64,000 nt of DNA from Podospora anserina. Lineage: Eukaryota. Below are positions 39,820 to 50,576 of the stretch, one piece after another. Numbering within the stretch: the first letter of the stretch is position 1; every line of letters starts with the position of its first letter. The stretch covers positions 4,402,001-4,466,000 of the forward strand of contig CM030336.1 in NCBI GenBank assembly GCA_017654855.1, written 5' to 3'. Both the position numbers and the translations under genes were made by a program. Below the pieces are notes generated by a model. It saw only the letters and a list, made by a program, of their open reading frames with translations, made no database searches and was not told the origin of the DNA.

Positions 39820-40641
39820 TTTTGCGATTTGCTTCTTTTTGGTTTGTTATCGAGATATTTGATTGATTTGAGTCTCGGAAATCGCGTGTTTGCGCAATCC
39901 GCCGCAGAAAATTCGCCGAGTGTCGATGTTTGGAATTGGAGGATGGAGTTGAAGCAAGTGGCACAATTGACTGCGCTCCCAAAATGTTCGACCTCTCGAT
40001 GCGCGCGACAACCAGCCGCCAGATTACGCTAAGCCTTTTCGGAGATAGTGGATGACAGGCAAAGCGCAGGGTCACGTGTCAGTGCACGGCCTCTGGTAAA
40101 CTTTCCCATGACCCTAACCCTTGTTCTCCTCCAGCAACGCCACAACAACCAACAACCAACATCTGCTCTTCCTGCTCTTCTTCTCCGGCTGTTTACCGCC
40201 ATCCATCTCTGTTGATGCCAAAGCTCAGCGCTTACCGGCAGCAGCAGCGGGACAAGATGTCGACCTCTTCAACTTTCTGCGAGGGTGGCCGCCCCAGTAG
40301 CAGAGAATCAGGCACTTTATGCACGTGTTGCCCTCATCCTCGGACTCCTCTTCGCAGCTGCATCTATAACAGATGCACTTGAACATTGGCGTCTCCTTTT
40401 TGCCGCCACCACCGCCGCTGTTCTTCTCCCCATTCTCCGTGGCCACAGGCATTTTCTTTCTTTCTTGTAAAAAATAAAAAAAGAAGAGAAAAAACGAGTG
40501 ATCGTAAAGTGGTGAAATCTAGACTATGTCTGTTAGCATGTGAAACAAAATAACAATTTAACGTGTTATGCTGGGATGGAAAACATAAATCTTATACTCG
40601 TCTGTTCACGCCAGAACAACCAAGAGCATACTGTCTCTAGT

Positions 40642-40850
40642 ACGAGCAGGCCCTCTTCGAATAGCGCGAGCAAGCCCTCTCTAATGTGCGAACAGGCGTT
40701 GAAAATAGGCAAGCAGGCCCTCTTATAAGTGCGAGAAAGCGCTCAAAAATAGGCGAGCAGGCGTTCCAATTACTGGGCGACTTAACGTTCAACATGGCGA
40801 GCAGGTTCTTAACTCTGGGCGGGCAGGCGCACAAAGTCGGCGAGCAAACA
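40642..40850. repeat. Degenerate tandem array of ~10 units of 20-24 bp with core GCGAGCAGGC
   Basis: Units include gcgagcaagccctctctaatgt, gcgaacaggcgttgaaaatag, gcaagcaggccctcttataagt, gcgagaaagcgctcaaaaatag, gcgagcaggcgttccaattactgg. Confidence 0.75.
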
Positions 40851-41384
40851 CTTCATTCACATTTCTGCTCAACTCACATACACATGTCTCTTGTTTGATG
40901 TGCTAATCACGGCTAGCTTGCTATTTCACAGACTATTTTTGAAGAAGGGATATCAAAGACACCGCCGTGTCCTGGCTCCAGAAAAAGGCAACATCACTTA
41001 CGAAAAATCACTTAGGGCTCGAGTTTTCTGGCTTTTGTGGCCAGATTCTTTCTTGGGAGTCGCTGAGGGAAAAAAAACCCGATTTATGAGATGGGAACAG
41101 CGAGCAGAGTTTATCACTGGCACTGCCGAGGGCTTCAAGAACTGACCGGCCTGCGCCATTCGCTTTGGTTGTACTCTACGGGGCTCTATGGTGATCAACG
41201 GATGTGTTCCTGCCCAAGCTCACAATGATGGTATTGGCAGCCGTTGACTATCGAAAGGGGTTGAAGAGATAGGGGCAAGGCATTCAGCTCAGTAGTAACG
41301 CCCACACCTAACATGTCCATTGTAGAGGTGTTCGAAGTGAAGGATGGTGAATCCAAGGTGAGCTTGCAAGGCAAAGATTTTATT

Positions 41385-42392
41385 TCAAGCTGATCCCTGC
41401 TTTTGTACCCCGTCCCCACTGATAAATACAACCATGACAGCGGCATATCTGCCACAGGAGATTGGTCAGTGTCGGCATAAGTATGTGTTTAAGAATGTCT
41501 GCAAGACTTACGTTGCCGCAGCTACTAGAACCTCGCTGTATTTTGCATCAGTGAGCAAGGATGTTATGGCTGAAAACGCAATCGTCCACACGATAATAAT
41601 AATCAGTGGTTTGTAGCCATCCGTAACAAAGGACATGATCACTATGGGGACAAGCAAGAGACCGGCAGAAAGCATTCCTAACACTGCTCTTGTTATCCTG
41701 TTTGTTGTGGCTTCAGACCAAATATGAACTCCATCTGTCCTTGGAGACAGCAACTGTATCGATGATTTTTAGACCCCACAATATTCCAAGTGCCAGGGGT
41801 AGTTGATAAAGAATAGCATTACTTACCCTGGCGAATTTGCCCACAATCCTGTTGGCAAATGAGAACAAGGCCCCACCATTGGGGTTCACGTACAAGGCGA
41901 CCATTCCACTGAACCCTCCATGCATGAGGTCTTGGTATGCTTCGGAAAGAAAGGCCCAGACCGCGGGGTGATTGCTGAGTCTGGCTCTGCTATACCGCAG
42001 AATACTTGCAACATTTTTTTCTTCAGGCTCAAGAAGCTCACTAACCTTTGCATACGCAAGAAGAGCCCGGTCTTGTCTAGATCAGCTAGGTAACACAAGA
42101 ATAGGTAGCCTTGTGAAAAGGAATATAACTCACTGTATTTGTACAGGACTTCGTCCAACTCATTCATGTCAAAGTTCGGGTCGTCTTGCTCGTGCTTTCG
42201 AGCCAACTCATCCAGCTGGTTCTGCAAATGCAAAAGGTTGCGAACATTGAGGGTATGGTGTCCCTTGAACATAGCCCAGTTGTCGGCTGATCCCATCATG
42301 TGGGAAAGGGCTCTGGTAGCTGCTTCTTGGGTGGCTGGCAGAGAATGGGCTACCACCCTTTGATTCAGGGGGGACTGCATCTGAGTGGCCAT
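41385..42392 (-). CDS. DUF6594-like membrane protein, 4 exons
   Basis: FKGHHTLNVRNLLHLQNQLDEL, LYKYNRALL, three C-terminal TM helices ending ATYAAVMVVF; introns 42133..42072, 41826..41754 and 41511..41449 give an intact frame. Confidence 0.72.
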
Positions 42393-42866
42393 GGCGTTGT
42401 CCGAGTGGACTGGGTCCAACTGCTCTTCGATGTTTAGCAAGAGACGAAAAGAAGGTTGATTATTTCAGAGGCTGATACTGTACCTGCTCATCGGTAACCC
42501 CTCTTTGGCACTACCTATCTTTGGGAGGTTTGGGGGGGCGTGCACGGTTAGCAAACGCGTGGGGTTGCACGACTAGAAAACCTCATCTCTTCAGCTCTCA
42601 CTGTTAAGACTGACGTAACGTCTCTGGTTCGCTTACGCAAGTCTTGTCCAATTACCAGCAGGGTGCTCCACGACATAATGTAAGCGAAGGGGCTATAACA
42701 AGAGAGGAGTTCTGGCCCCCACAAGACTTTCCATCATAACTCCTTTTCTCTGCTTCAACTTCTAGCCAAGGGGTACCTGCTCCATCGCTTGTTTCCCTTT
42801 CTTGAGTTTTAGCTACCTTATCTACCATACTTACCGAGCTACAGCTCGCCTAGGTAACAACAAGTT

Positions 42867-43430
42867 ATGCTACCACCTCCTGGTTTCGACGATGACTCGG
42901 AGCGCCTGAACAGATGTGGTACAGACAATGCAGTTAACGACAAGGAATCTCCACACAATAATCAAAAATTACAGCCACCTGCGGAGAACACCTCAGTTGA
43001 ACCTTCCCGCAAAGAGGAGACTCATGAGACGGCTCAAAAGCAACAAATCTTCATCGAAGTAGCCCCCAATATCGCCATACCACTACTTATCAACCTCTCA
43101 ACAGCCACCGCAGGCAGCATATTTGAGCAAATCGACAAGTGGTTCGTGGATGGTCGCTCGAAAGACGCCTTCTTTTTCTACTTCAATGGCAAAGTGCTGG
43201 AATCGCGGAAGTTGCTCTCGGAGTACAATCTTGAGCCAGGCTCTACTTTGCTCCTCGAGAAGAACGTTGAGGTTATGCCTTACGCCGCACGGTTTGGGAC
43301 CTTTGAATCAGAGCTCGGTAGAGATAGTTCAAGAGTTGTGGGTGGGGAGAGGATCGGTACCTTTGACGACTGGCCACCCCGGGAGCCTTCGATGATGAAA
43401 AAGTTCCTGACATGTTCTTTCCGAGGTTAA
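42867..43430 (+). CDS. Protein with a divergent ubiquitin-like domain
   Basis: QIFIE...FYFNGKVLESRKLLSEYNLEPGSTLLL parallels ubiquitin [27 protein letters not shown]; 187-aa ORF with an upstream TATA-like sequence. Confidence 0.7.
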   Translation: MLPPPGFDDDSERLNRCGTDNAVNDKESPHNNQKLQPPAENTSVEPSRKEETHETAQKQQIFIEVAPNIAIPLLINLSTATAGSIFEQIDKWFVDGRSKDAFFFYFNGKVLESRKLLSEYNLEPGSTLLLEKNVEVMPYAARFGTFESELGRDSSRVVGGERIGTFDDWPPREPSMMKKFLTCSFRG

Positions 43431-43864
43431 CATGAGAAATGCGGTGAGGATATCTTGTCTGATTAGTAGATAGATGGCTGTATGCAACCCACGTCGTCCA
43501 TTCACACTATCTTTCCGTATAGCCACCCAATACTGTTGCCCGGTACCAGCAGAACTTTCAATGGTCGCTCACTGATTGGCCATCGTCCCGCTACACAAAT
43601 ATGTAGTTTGCGGCTGAGCTCAACTTGATCTCTGTAAGCAGCCATTCCCAATGAAGCTCGCGAACGATCATACGATACAAGAATAGTCCACACATGTTGC
43701 TGCATGACCCATGTCGCCACTTGTGGAACTCATGCAAGACGCCATATGGCTGGCTTCTAAGCGTGAGCCCATGTAAAACATTGGGACTAGCCACTTCAAA
43801 AAATTATATACCACGCCATACGTGAACGTTTCCTGGAGTTTCATGGTCAGATTTCAATGAACAT

Positions 43865-44428
43865 ATGCCATTTTTCCTAGATGCCTCCAACAGCACAATG
43901 ACGCCAACCACTTACTCTCCAACGGCTCCGCCTCCGACTGGCAGCGCGAATAACGTAAACCAAGAAGATGATCAGTCACCATTCCCGACCCAACACACGA
44001 GTGAGGCACCATATATGCTTCCGCAACTGCCTCCTCCAGCACCAAGCAACTAATTTTACCCGCCACCCCAACAAACTCAGAGATATGGGTCATTTCACGG
44101 GGAGCCACCAGCCCCGGCCCCGTACATATCTCCGGGGCCACCTCCTCCAGCACCAGCAACAAATCTGCATGATAGACGGGAATTTCCTACTATGAGACAG
44201 GGCTATTATGAAGATCCAAGACCAAACAACTACTTTTGCACGCCACCAAACCCTCGTGGTACACCCACCACAGCCCAAAGATGCGCCTCATTTCACGAGG
44301 AGCCGCCGGCCTTGGTCATGGTCAGAGTTCCACCAAGAGAAGGGAACCGATGTGGCTCGTTTTCAGAAGAGAAAGGTGGTTGGAGGACTCGACATCCGAA
44401 GCTGGTGTCATTTTTGAGGCTCTTTTGA
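43865..44428 (+). pseudogene. Pro-rich small repeat protein interrupted by one in-frame TAA (44051-44053)
   Basis: ORFs 43865..44053 and 44192..44428 share a frame with no other stop between them; internal repeats N[*Y]F..PP...QR[YC][GA]SFH[GE]EPPA. Confidence 0.55.
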
Positions 44429-44935
44429 TGTATCAGAGCTTCCGGGAAGGGATAGTTGATGTTGAGTGCACTGTCTTTCATTGTGGAAGGTCGTCATGAG
44501 AAACGAAACACGAAGCGAGGCATACTAGGTTTTCAAGATACCTACGTAGGCACCTTAGGCAGTCAGGCGTTCACCAAAATCGGCAGCCATAACCCCGCTC
44601 CCAGGTTTCACACCATCTTTCTGCAGAGCTCCTCGTTGATAGGCTGTCTTGACGAGGGGGGTGTCTGCGCAGCGGCTCACCAATTGGCTTTCGTCATGAA
44701 AGCGTCGTTCGTGGCTTTGAGCCCCTATCCGAGAAATGATAAGCATCTCGGCGAGAAAGGTTGCCCGAAACAGCAGCGATGTGACAGGTTTAGACCTCTA
44801 ATGTCCGATTGCTCTCTTAAAAGCCCTGACATCTTTGTGGAAGACAGGTACATGACTTTGTCCCACACATCTCCCGACAATTAGAGCCCCATAAGGCTGT
44901 TCAAAGCACTCTTTATCAAAGTCTTCAGTCCCACC

Positions 44936-45199
44936 ATGCCGCCTCTCATATCCTTATTGAAACGTCCCACCAAGGGAAGCCCGCGGCCTACCCCCGGTCA
45001 GGCTTTAAGGCACGGTTATTTTGAAGATTCACGAATTCAATCTGCTGGGTTGGAAACATCCGGTCCTCTCAGGGAGGGGTCCAGTGCGGGCATCCCGGTC
45101 GAAGGAGGCCGGTATGGAGTGTATTATCAACAGTCAGGAAGCCAAAGGCTTTGGCATTCAAGATTGGCGTCTTGTCTGAGAGTGTTTGGATGCGGTTAG
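44936..45199 (+). CDS. Small 87-aa protein, apparent paralog of the 43865-44428 C-terminus
   Basis: LRHGYFEDSR vs MRQGYYEDPR; EGGRYG vs EGNRCG; RLASCLRVFGC vs KLVSFLRLF*C; ccaccATG start context. Confidence 0.5.
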   Translation: MPPLISLLKRPTKGSPRPTPGQALRHGYFEDSRIQSAGLETSGPLREGSSAGIPVEGGRYGVYYQQSGSQRLWHSRLASCLRVFGCG

Positions 45200-45334
45200 C
45201 TGGTTTTGCAAAAGAGGGCTTGCAGGGTGGGATATGATCGAGATCGTTGTTCGTTTACAGGAGAGAGATGCCGATAATTCAAGTAAGCGAGTACACGTAC
45301 CCGTCTCAGTCAGTGTATCTGTGTACATAAAAGC

Positions 45335-46558
45335 TCAAGTCAACCATGGAATCCTCTCAGATAACGGATTAGTCCAGATCAGCTCCGGGCAGGGCACATC
45401 GGTGGCGTGGGTTTCGAAGGTACCAAGGCTAGTGATATGGAGGTCTTGTAAGCATTGCAGAATCCATAGAAGTGGCGTGACCGTCACGAATATAATCTCC
45501 ATAATTATACACCCAAAAACAACAACAAGAAGACCGCCGACAGGTATCGCCAGAAGGGTGCACAATCTTTCGCGGTTCCTCAACTCGAACACCATCAATA
45601 GCCCAACAACCATGAAACATGCTCCGTAACCAGCACCTATGCAAGCTAGGAGCGGCATTGTAGAGATCCAAGAATCCAGCATCCAGCTCCAACCTCGTAC
45701 ATAACCGTCGTGGAAGAGAAAAGAAATCGAGGGATGATAGTTGAAGATGAGGCAAACCAGCCGAGTGGTTGCAATATGCTTGAATAGCTGAGAAAAGCCC
45801 ACAGCCTCCGTGACCTCACTTGGACAGACGTCTCGGAAGATAAAGCCAACAGAATCAATCGTCTCTGTGTTGAGCTATTCGGGAACAGGTTGATCGAAGA
45901 TTGGGACGCGCAAGATGTAACACAGTGTAAAGATGCCAGCAACCAAACCTGCGCAGGCTAGCTCGAAGATTCTTTGACTCACGGTGGAAACAGCGTTCAT
46001 TTCCCTTCGTCGCTGGTAGAGGACAATGGTCCCAACACATAGGGCTAGGAAGAAGGTAGCTGTGATCAGTCTCCCGACCATCTCTGCGGTTTCCTTCCAG
46101 GTCTCAGGTACTGGATTCCACGTTTGTTCCGTCCCGTCTCCAACCAAAAGTTGATTCTCTCTCGAGGTTGACTGCTGGTAGGTGAGCCGATTTGGGGGCA
46201 CCTTGGCAAAGAGACATCGCAAATTCGCCTTTAGTCTGGCTTCTGGATTGTGATCACCTCGGTTTCGATCGAGAATTGGACTAAACCTCCGGGAAAGTAG
46301 GCCGAATAGGTAAATACTGAAGATGAAGACCAGACCCAGGACATATGATATCACATAACTCAGGGGCGCGAGCCAAAATTACAGCGGACTCCATGTGAAG
46401 CAGGTCTTTTCCTTGATCTTGAGAAGTCGGTAATAAGAGAAGAGCGTAGTGACGCTGACAACCAAGAGCTTGATATACAACTCTCCAGTGTCGCGTCGTT
46501 CATCGATGGGACATGGCTGCTGGGGTAAAGTGATTGTTTTTAAGATGTGGTCGCCCAT
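45335..46558 (-). pseudogene. Multi-pass membrane protein gene with two in-frame stops
   Basis: One frame from ATG 46558 to stop 45335 (408 codons), broken only by TAA 46381-46379 and TAG 45877-45875; several hydrophobic helices; C-terminal VPCPELIWTNPLSERIPWLT. Confidence 0.6.
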
Positions 46559-47169
46559 CTCTGATCATGATTCAGCTGAGTTGTAGAATTCTCAGAAAGA
46601 AAATGAGGCAAACTCACTCAGGTTTTGATGTGTTGGACTTGTCCAGCTCATAAGCTATTGGCTTGGCGGTCGGTGGCTGAGCTATTGGTTTTCGTGGAGT
46701 TCGACGCTTCACTGAGCTCCTCTCCTTGACAGTCATTGGGCACCATATTGTAAACAGAGGCCTTTTTAACAATACAATAATTGTGCCTTTCATGGGAAAG
46801 CCTGACAGGCCTTTGGTGCTCGTGGAGCTTTGTGGTTGACTTCCAACTGAGGGAGCTTATCTTGCCAGCTTATCCGAGTGTCGCAGTAAGAACTGAGGCC
46901 GCCCCTTGCAAAATCACGACCAACCACAGGCCGATAAGACCCTACAAATAACTTAGGTACGCATAAGCGCCTGCTCGGCAAGGCTGCCTGCGCAATTCGC
47001 AAACCCCGTCGCCAGTTTACCTAGACGTCTCGATGCACCGCCACCTCCGCTCAACACTGAACACAATGAAAGGATTTCCCCCGCTGCTGCCCCTGGAGTC
47101 CTGAGGAACTCTCGAACATCGCTTGGAATTGTCATATTTTCAATATCCAGCATCTCTTACTCTGATGAG

Positions 47170-49168
47170 ATGGCCGACCCACTTTCAATCGTTGGTGCTG
47201 TGGGCTCGGTGGCAGGCATCATCGATGTCCTGTCACGATCCATCAGCGCCATTGCAACCCTCCGCAACCAGTACAAGGATGCCGACCTACTATTCATGAA
47301 CCTCACCAGTCAGCTGAGCGTCCTACGAACAGGGCTGGTCAAAATAGCAGAATGGGCCGAAACACAACCAGAGCCTCACTATCAGCTAAAAATGGACCTG
47401 GATTCGGTGCTGATGTGCTGCCAAATCCTGGCCAGCAAACTCGACAACCACCTCGAGAGTCTGCATCAGGGACGCGTGCGGTTGAGCAGCATTGGAAAGT
47501 TGAAGCTCGCTTTGAACGGATCCAATATCGACGCCATCCAAAAGATGCTCGGACAACAGACGGCCACCTTGACACTACTCCTAGCAGCCTGCAACACCAA
47601 ATCACTTGCTGAACAACGAGAGCTCCTCGAGGCGCCATCCACACGAACCGCCATCGCCGCGATGGAGCAGGACTCGGCCTCTCTGATCGTGCACGAAGAC
47701 AGAACTTCAATATGCACCGTGGAGACTGACACCCTGTCGAGACTCTCTGCCATCTTCCCATTCGACAGCCAACTGCTCACCACAAAGGTTTACGGTCGTG
47801 CCTGGAGAACAACCTTCTTGAACCGTGGTCCAAAAACATCCCGACGAACATTGTCTGAAGCAACGACCCTATTGCCAGCTGAAACCGAAAGGAGAATGAC
47901 GATAACGATACACCGAGTCCCCAACAGAAGGAACAGTACTAGCAACATCCCCATCGGCCCTCCTTTCAATTCGAAAGTCAAAATCCTGCTTTTAGGAGCT
48001 GGGGGTTCAGGTAAGAGCACGCTGTTGAAACAAATGCAGTATGTCTGGGGCAACCAGAGTCAAATGCCGATGTCTCATGACAAGATCCGCATTAGACGTG
48101 AAGTTGTCCAGGAACTTTGTCGCTTTTTCTATTTACTCCTGTTTGGCCAGGAAGACGCTGTGGCTCAACTGGTGTGTGGAAAAATGGTTAGTCGCCTGCC
48201 CCTGGAGCCCTACCATTCATGTTCTGGACGCTGACATTATGGACAGGACATCCTCAAAGACGCCATCGCCCTTCATGAGATGGACAACTTTGCAGATGAG
48301 GATGATATCATCTTTTGTGATCGGGTGGTTCCGCTAATCCGCGAGGTTTGGGCTGATGAGACCTGGCGCGCTCGTGCAATGAAGAACCTGAAGAAGAAAA
48401 GGTCAAAGCCGCCATTTGATGTTGAATAGTAAGGTGGCGCCCTACATCATGTGTCTTTTCTCAGGTGCTCGGCTAACATTTTCTCTTGTAGTTTCATGCG
48501 CCATCTTGATCGAATTTCCGACAAAAACTACGTGCCAACTGACCAGGACTTGATGCACATTTCACCAGTGGTCCAAACACTAGGCATCTCACGCTCTGTC
48601 TTCACAGTTGGCAACATACCATATTCTGTATACGACGTTGGAGGCTCCCGATCCGAAAGACGGAAATGGATTCACGAATTCGAAGATGTTGATATTGTCC
48701 TCTTTCAGGCTCCTGTAGGGGCATACGATGAACGACTACGTGAAGATAAATACTCGGTACGTTATTTGCCTACCTAAAAGTCCGCTCTTGCACAATTGCT
48801 GATATATACCCTCCTTCAAGTTCAACATGGAAGAGTCATTAAACCTTTTCGAGTCCCTTGTCAACTCAAGATGGTTCTCCAACACAACATTCTTTGTCAA
48901 CTTCACAAAAAGAGACCTCTTTGAGCAAAAGGTCAACAGTAGTCACGTCCCAATTTCTGACTTTCATCCTGAGTATCAAGGAGACCCAGGTGATGTGAAA
49001 GCAGGGGTTCAATTTTTCATTGACGAGTTTCAAACCAGAGTTGAGGAGCATCCGGGCGGTTCTATCCATATGACTGTTCTTGATACGACCGACACAGCTC
49101 AGGCGACATTGTTGTTGCAAAGGGTTGTTCAAGTGGCTGAGGCGAAGAGGAAGTCTGCCTTTATTTGA
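47170..49168 (+). CDS. HeLo-like (fungal STAND N-terminal) domain fused to an atypical G-protein alpha domain, 4 exons, 603 aa
   Basis: N-terminus MADPLSIVGAVGSVAGIIDV followed by a helical region; G-alpha motifs KILLLGAGGSGKSTLLKQM, YVPTDQD, DVGGSRSERRKWIHEFEDV, MEESLNLFESLVNSRWF, NFTKRDLFEQK; introns 48187..48246, 48429..48491 and 48757..48820 give 1812 nt in frame. Confidence 0.85.
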
Positions 49169-49207
49169 GTGGGATTCGAGCAACACCAAGACTTGAAAAA
49201 TACCCAA

Positions 49208-50044
49208 CTATTCGTTCTTCTCACTCTCGTGTCGTTTGACATGCACCTCTGACACGCCATGATAGGCTGGCAGCTCTGGGGTATACTGTGTATCTTCCAA
49301 CTCCCAAGCTTCTCTGTGATGTGACAGCTCCATGGTCCCGTTGTCTGCTGGCATCTCCCACGGGAAATGGTCGTTGGAGCCTAGCTCTAATTGGGCCTCC
49401 TTTTCATCATCCATTACGTGCGGGCTTTCCTCAGGGCTTTTATCACGTCTACTCCGTCGTCGATGTCGTCGGATGACAACATAAATCCCGATGGCAATGA
49501 GCAAAACGATGATAGTGGTAGAGACGATAACCGCTATCTGGGCTCCCTGACTCAAGCCAGAGTTCCGGGTCCCAGCTTGGGCCCCAGGAGACGGCAAGCT
49601 AATAGGCGGGTTGTCCCTTCCCATCGCATCGGGCGAAGTGTCTGTTACGATTGTCGATGACGACCCCGCGCCTCTTTCGGCGTGTGTTGTGAGACGTGCC
49701 AAAGAGAGAGCCGCTGAGCTGCTTGCAGGATCGAAAGGCAGGCATAGTTGACTGGGCAACAGTTCCCTGTTAAGGATTAGTCTCACAGATAGCCTTCGCA
49801 TGAAAGGTGAGAGAGAGGACTGCTCACCTCCAGTATCCTCGTGACAAGCACGGTAACCTTCAAAGTTGGGACATGGCCTTACAGGCTCCGTCAAACTCAA
49901 GTTCTCGTCCCAACCTGGGAGGTGGCATGTCCTCTCTCCGCAAACGTATCCTATCGGATAACACCCGTCGATTGTGATGTTAGGACTACAAGCGAAATAG
50001 TCCTTCCTGCCGCATACAACTGATTCTGTGGTGTTGGTGGCCAT
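49208..50044 (-). pseudogene. Cys-rich, single-TM surface protein gene, frameshifted if its intron is spliced
   Basis: Cys-rich N-terminus, S/T stalk, GLSQGAQIAVIVSTTIIVLLIAIGIYVVIRRHRRR TM and basic stop-transfer; splicing the 61-nt intron 49827..49767 gives GNCCPVNYAC and then a stop before the TM. Confidence 0.5.
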
Positions 50045-50576
50045 CTCAAAGTCTTCCGAAAGGTGTTGTAAGTCCAGTTGTGAGACAAGAAGAGCTGCGC
50101 AGGAAAGAAAAGCAGGTCTCCTGTGGCCTGGAATTTAAAGTGGTTCCCAGTTAGCCCAAATTCATACGCTTGCACCGTCGTTCCCCAGCTCGAGCGTTAC
50201 ATTCAAGCTTGCCTCATCACCCCGCTGTGCTACCCAGGATGCAGGTTAATATACTCGCAGTGTGTATGATTGGCTCGCTGTTGCGGTATTGGGAGCTATG
50301 TCTCAACCGACTTACTCGAATTTGGCTGCCTGACCACCTTGCCTACCTTGGGTACTTACAAGTACCCATCCTCGCAACAGATATCTTTCGCCGTGTTACT
50401 TGGGCCAATTACTCGCCCGTGGACTTGATCAAGATCTTTCTAAAGAACAGCTGATATGTAATTCTGAACTGAAGATGACATCACATTGATAGAGCCATCC
50501 CCAATCCTAGGAGAGGTATTCAACGTTCGACTGGTGTATACACATAACTCCCCATCCTTGTAGTTGACCGTCTGAC

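Noticed and set aside
40111-40120. ACCCTAACCC telomere-like sequence (also GGGTTAGGGT near 58607)
   Set aside because: Under two repeat units, in promoter regions; not an interstitial telomere
40642-40850. Repeat array as a CRISPR-like locus
   Set aside because: Eukaryotic context, degenerate 10-bp cores, spacers related to each other, and no cas genes
46960-46995. Inverted copy of the array core (GCCTGCTCG) as the right terminal repeat of a Pack-type element
   Set aside because: Only one good 9-12 bp match; no extended inverted repeat, target-site duplication or transposase was seen
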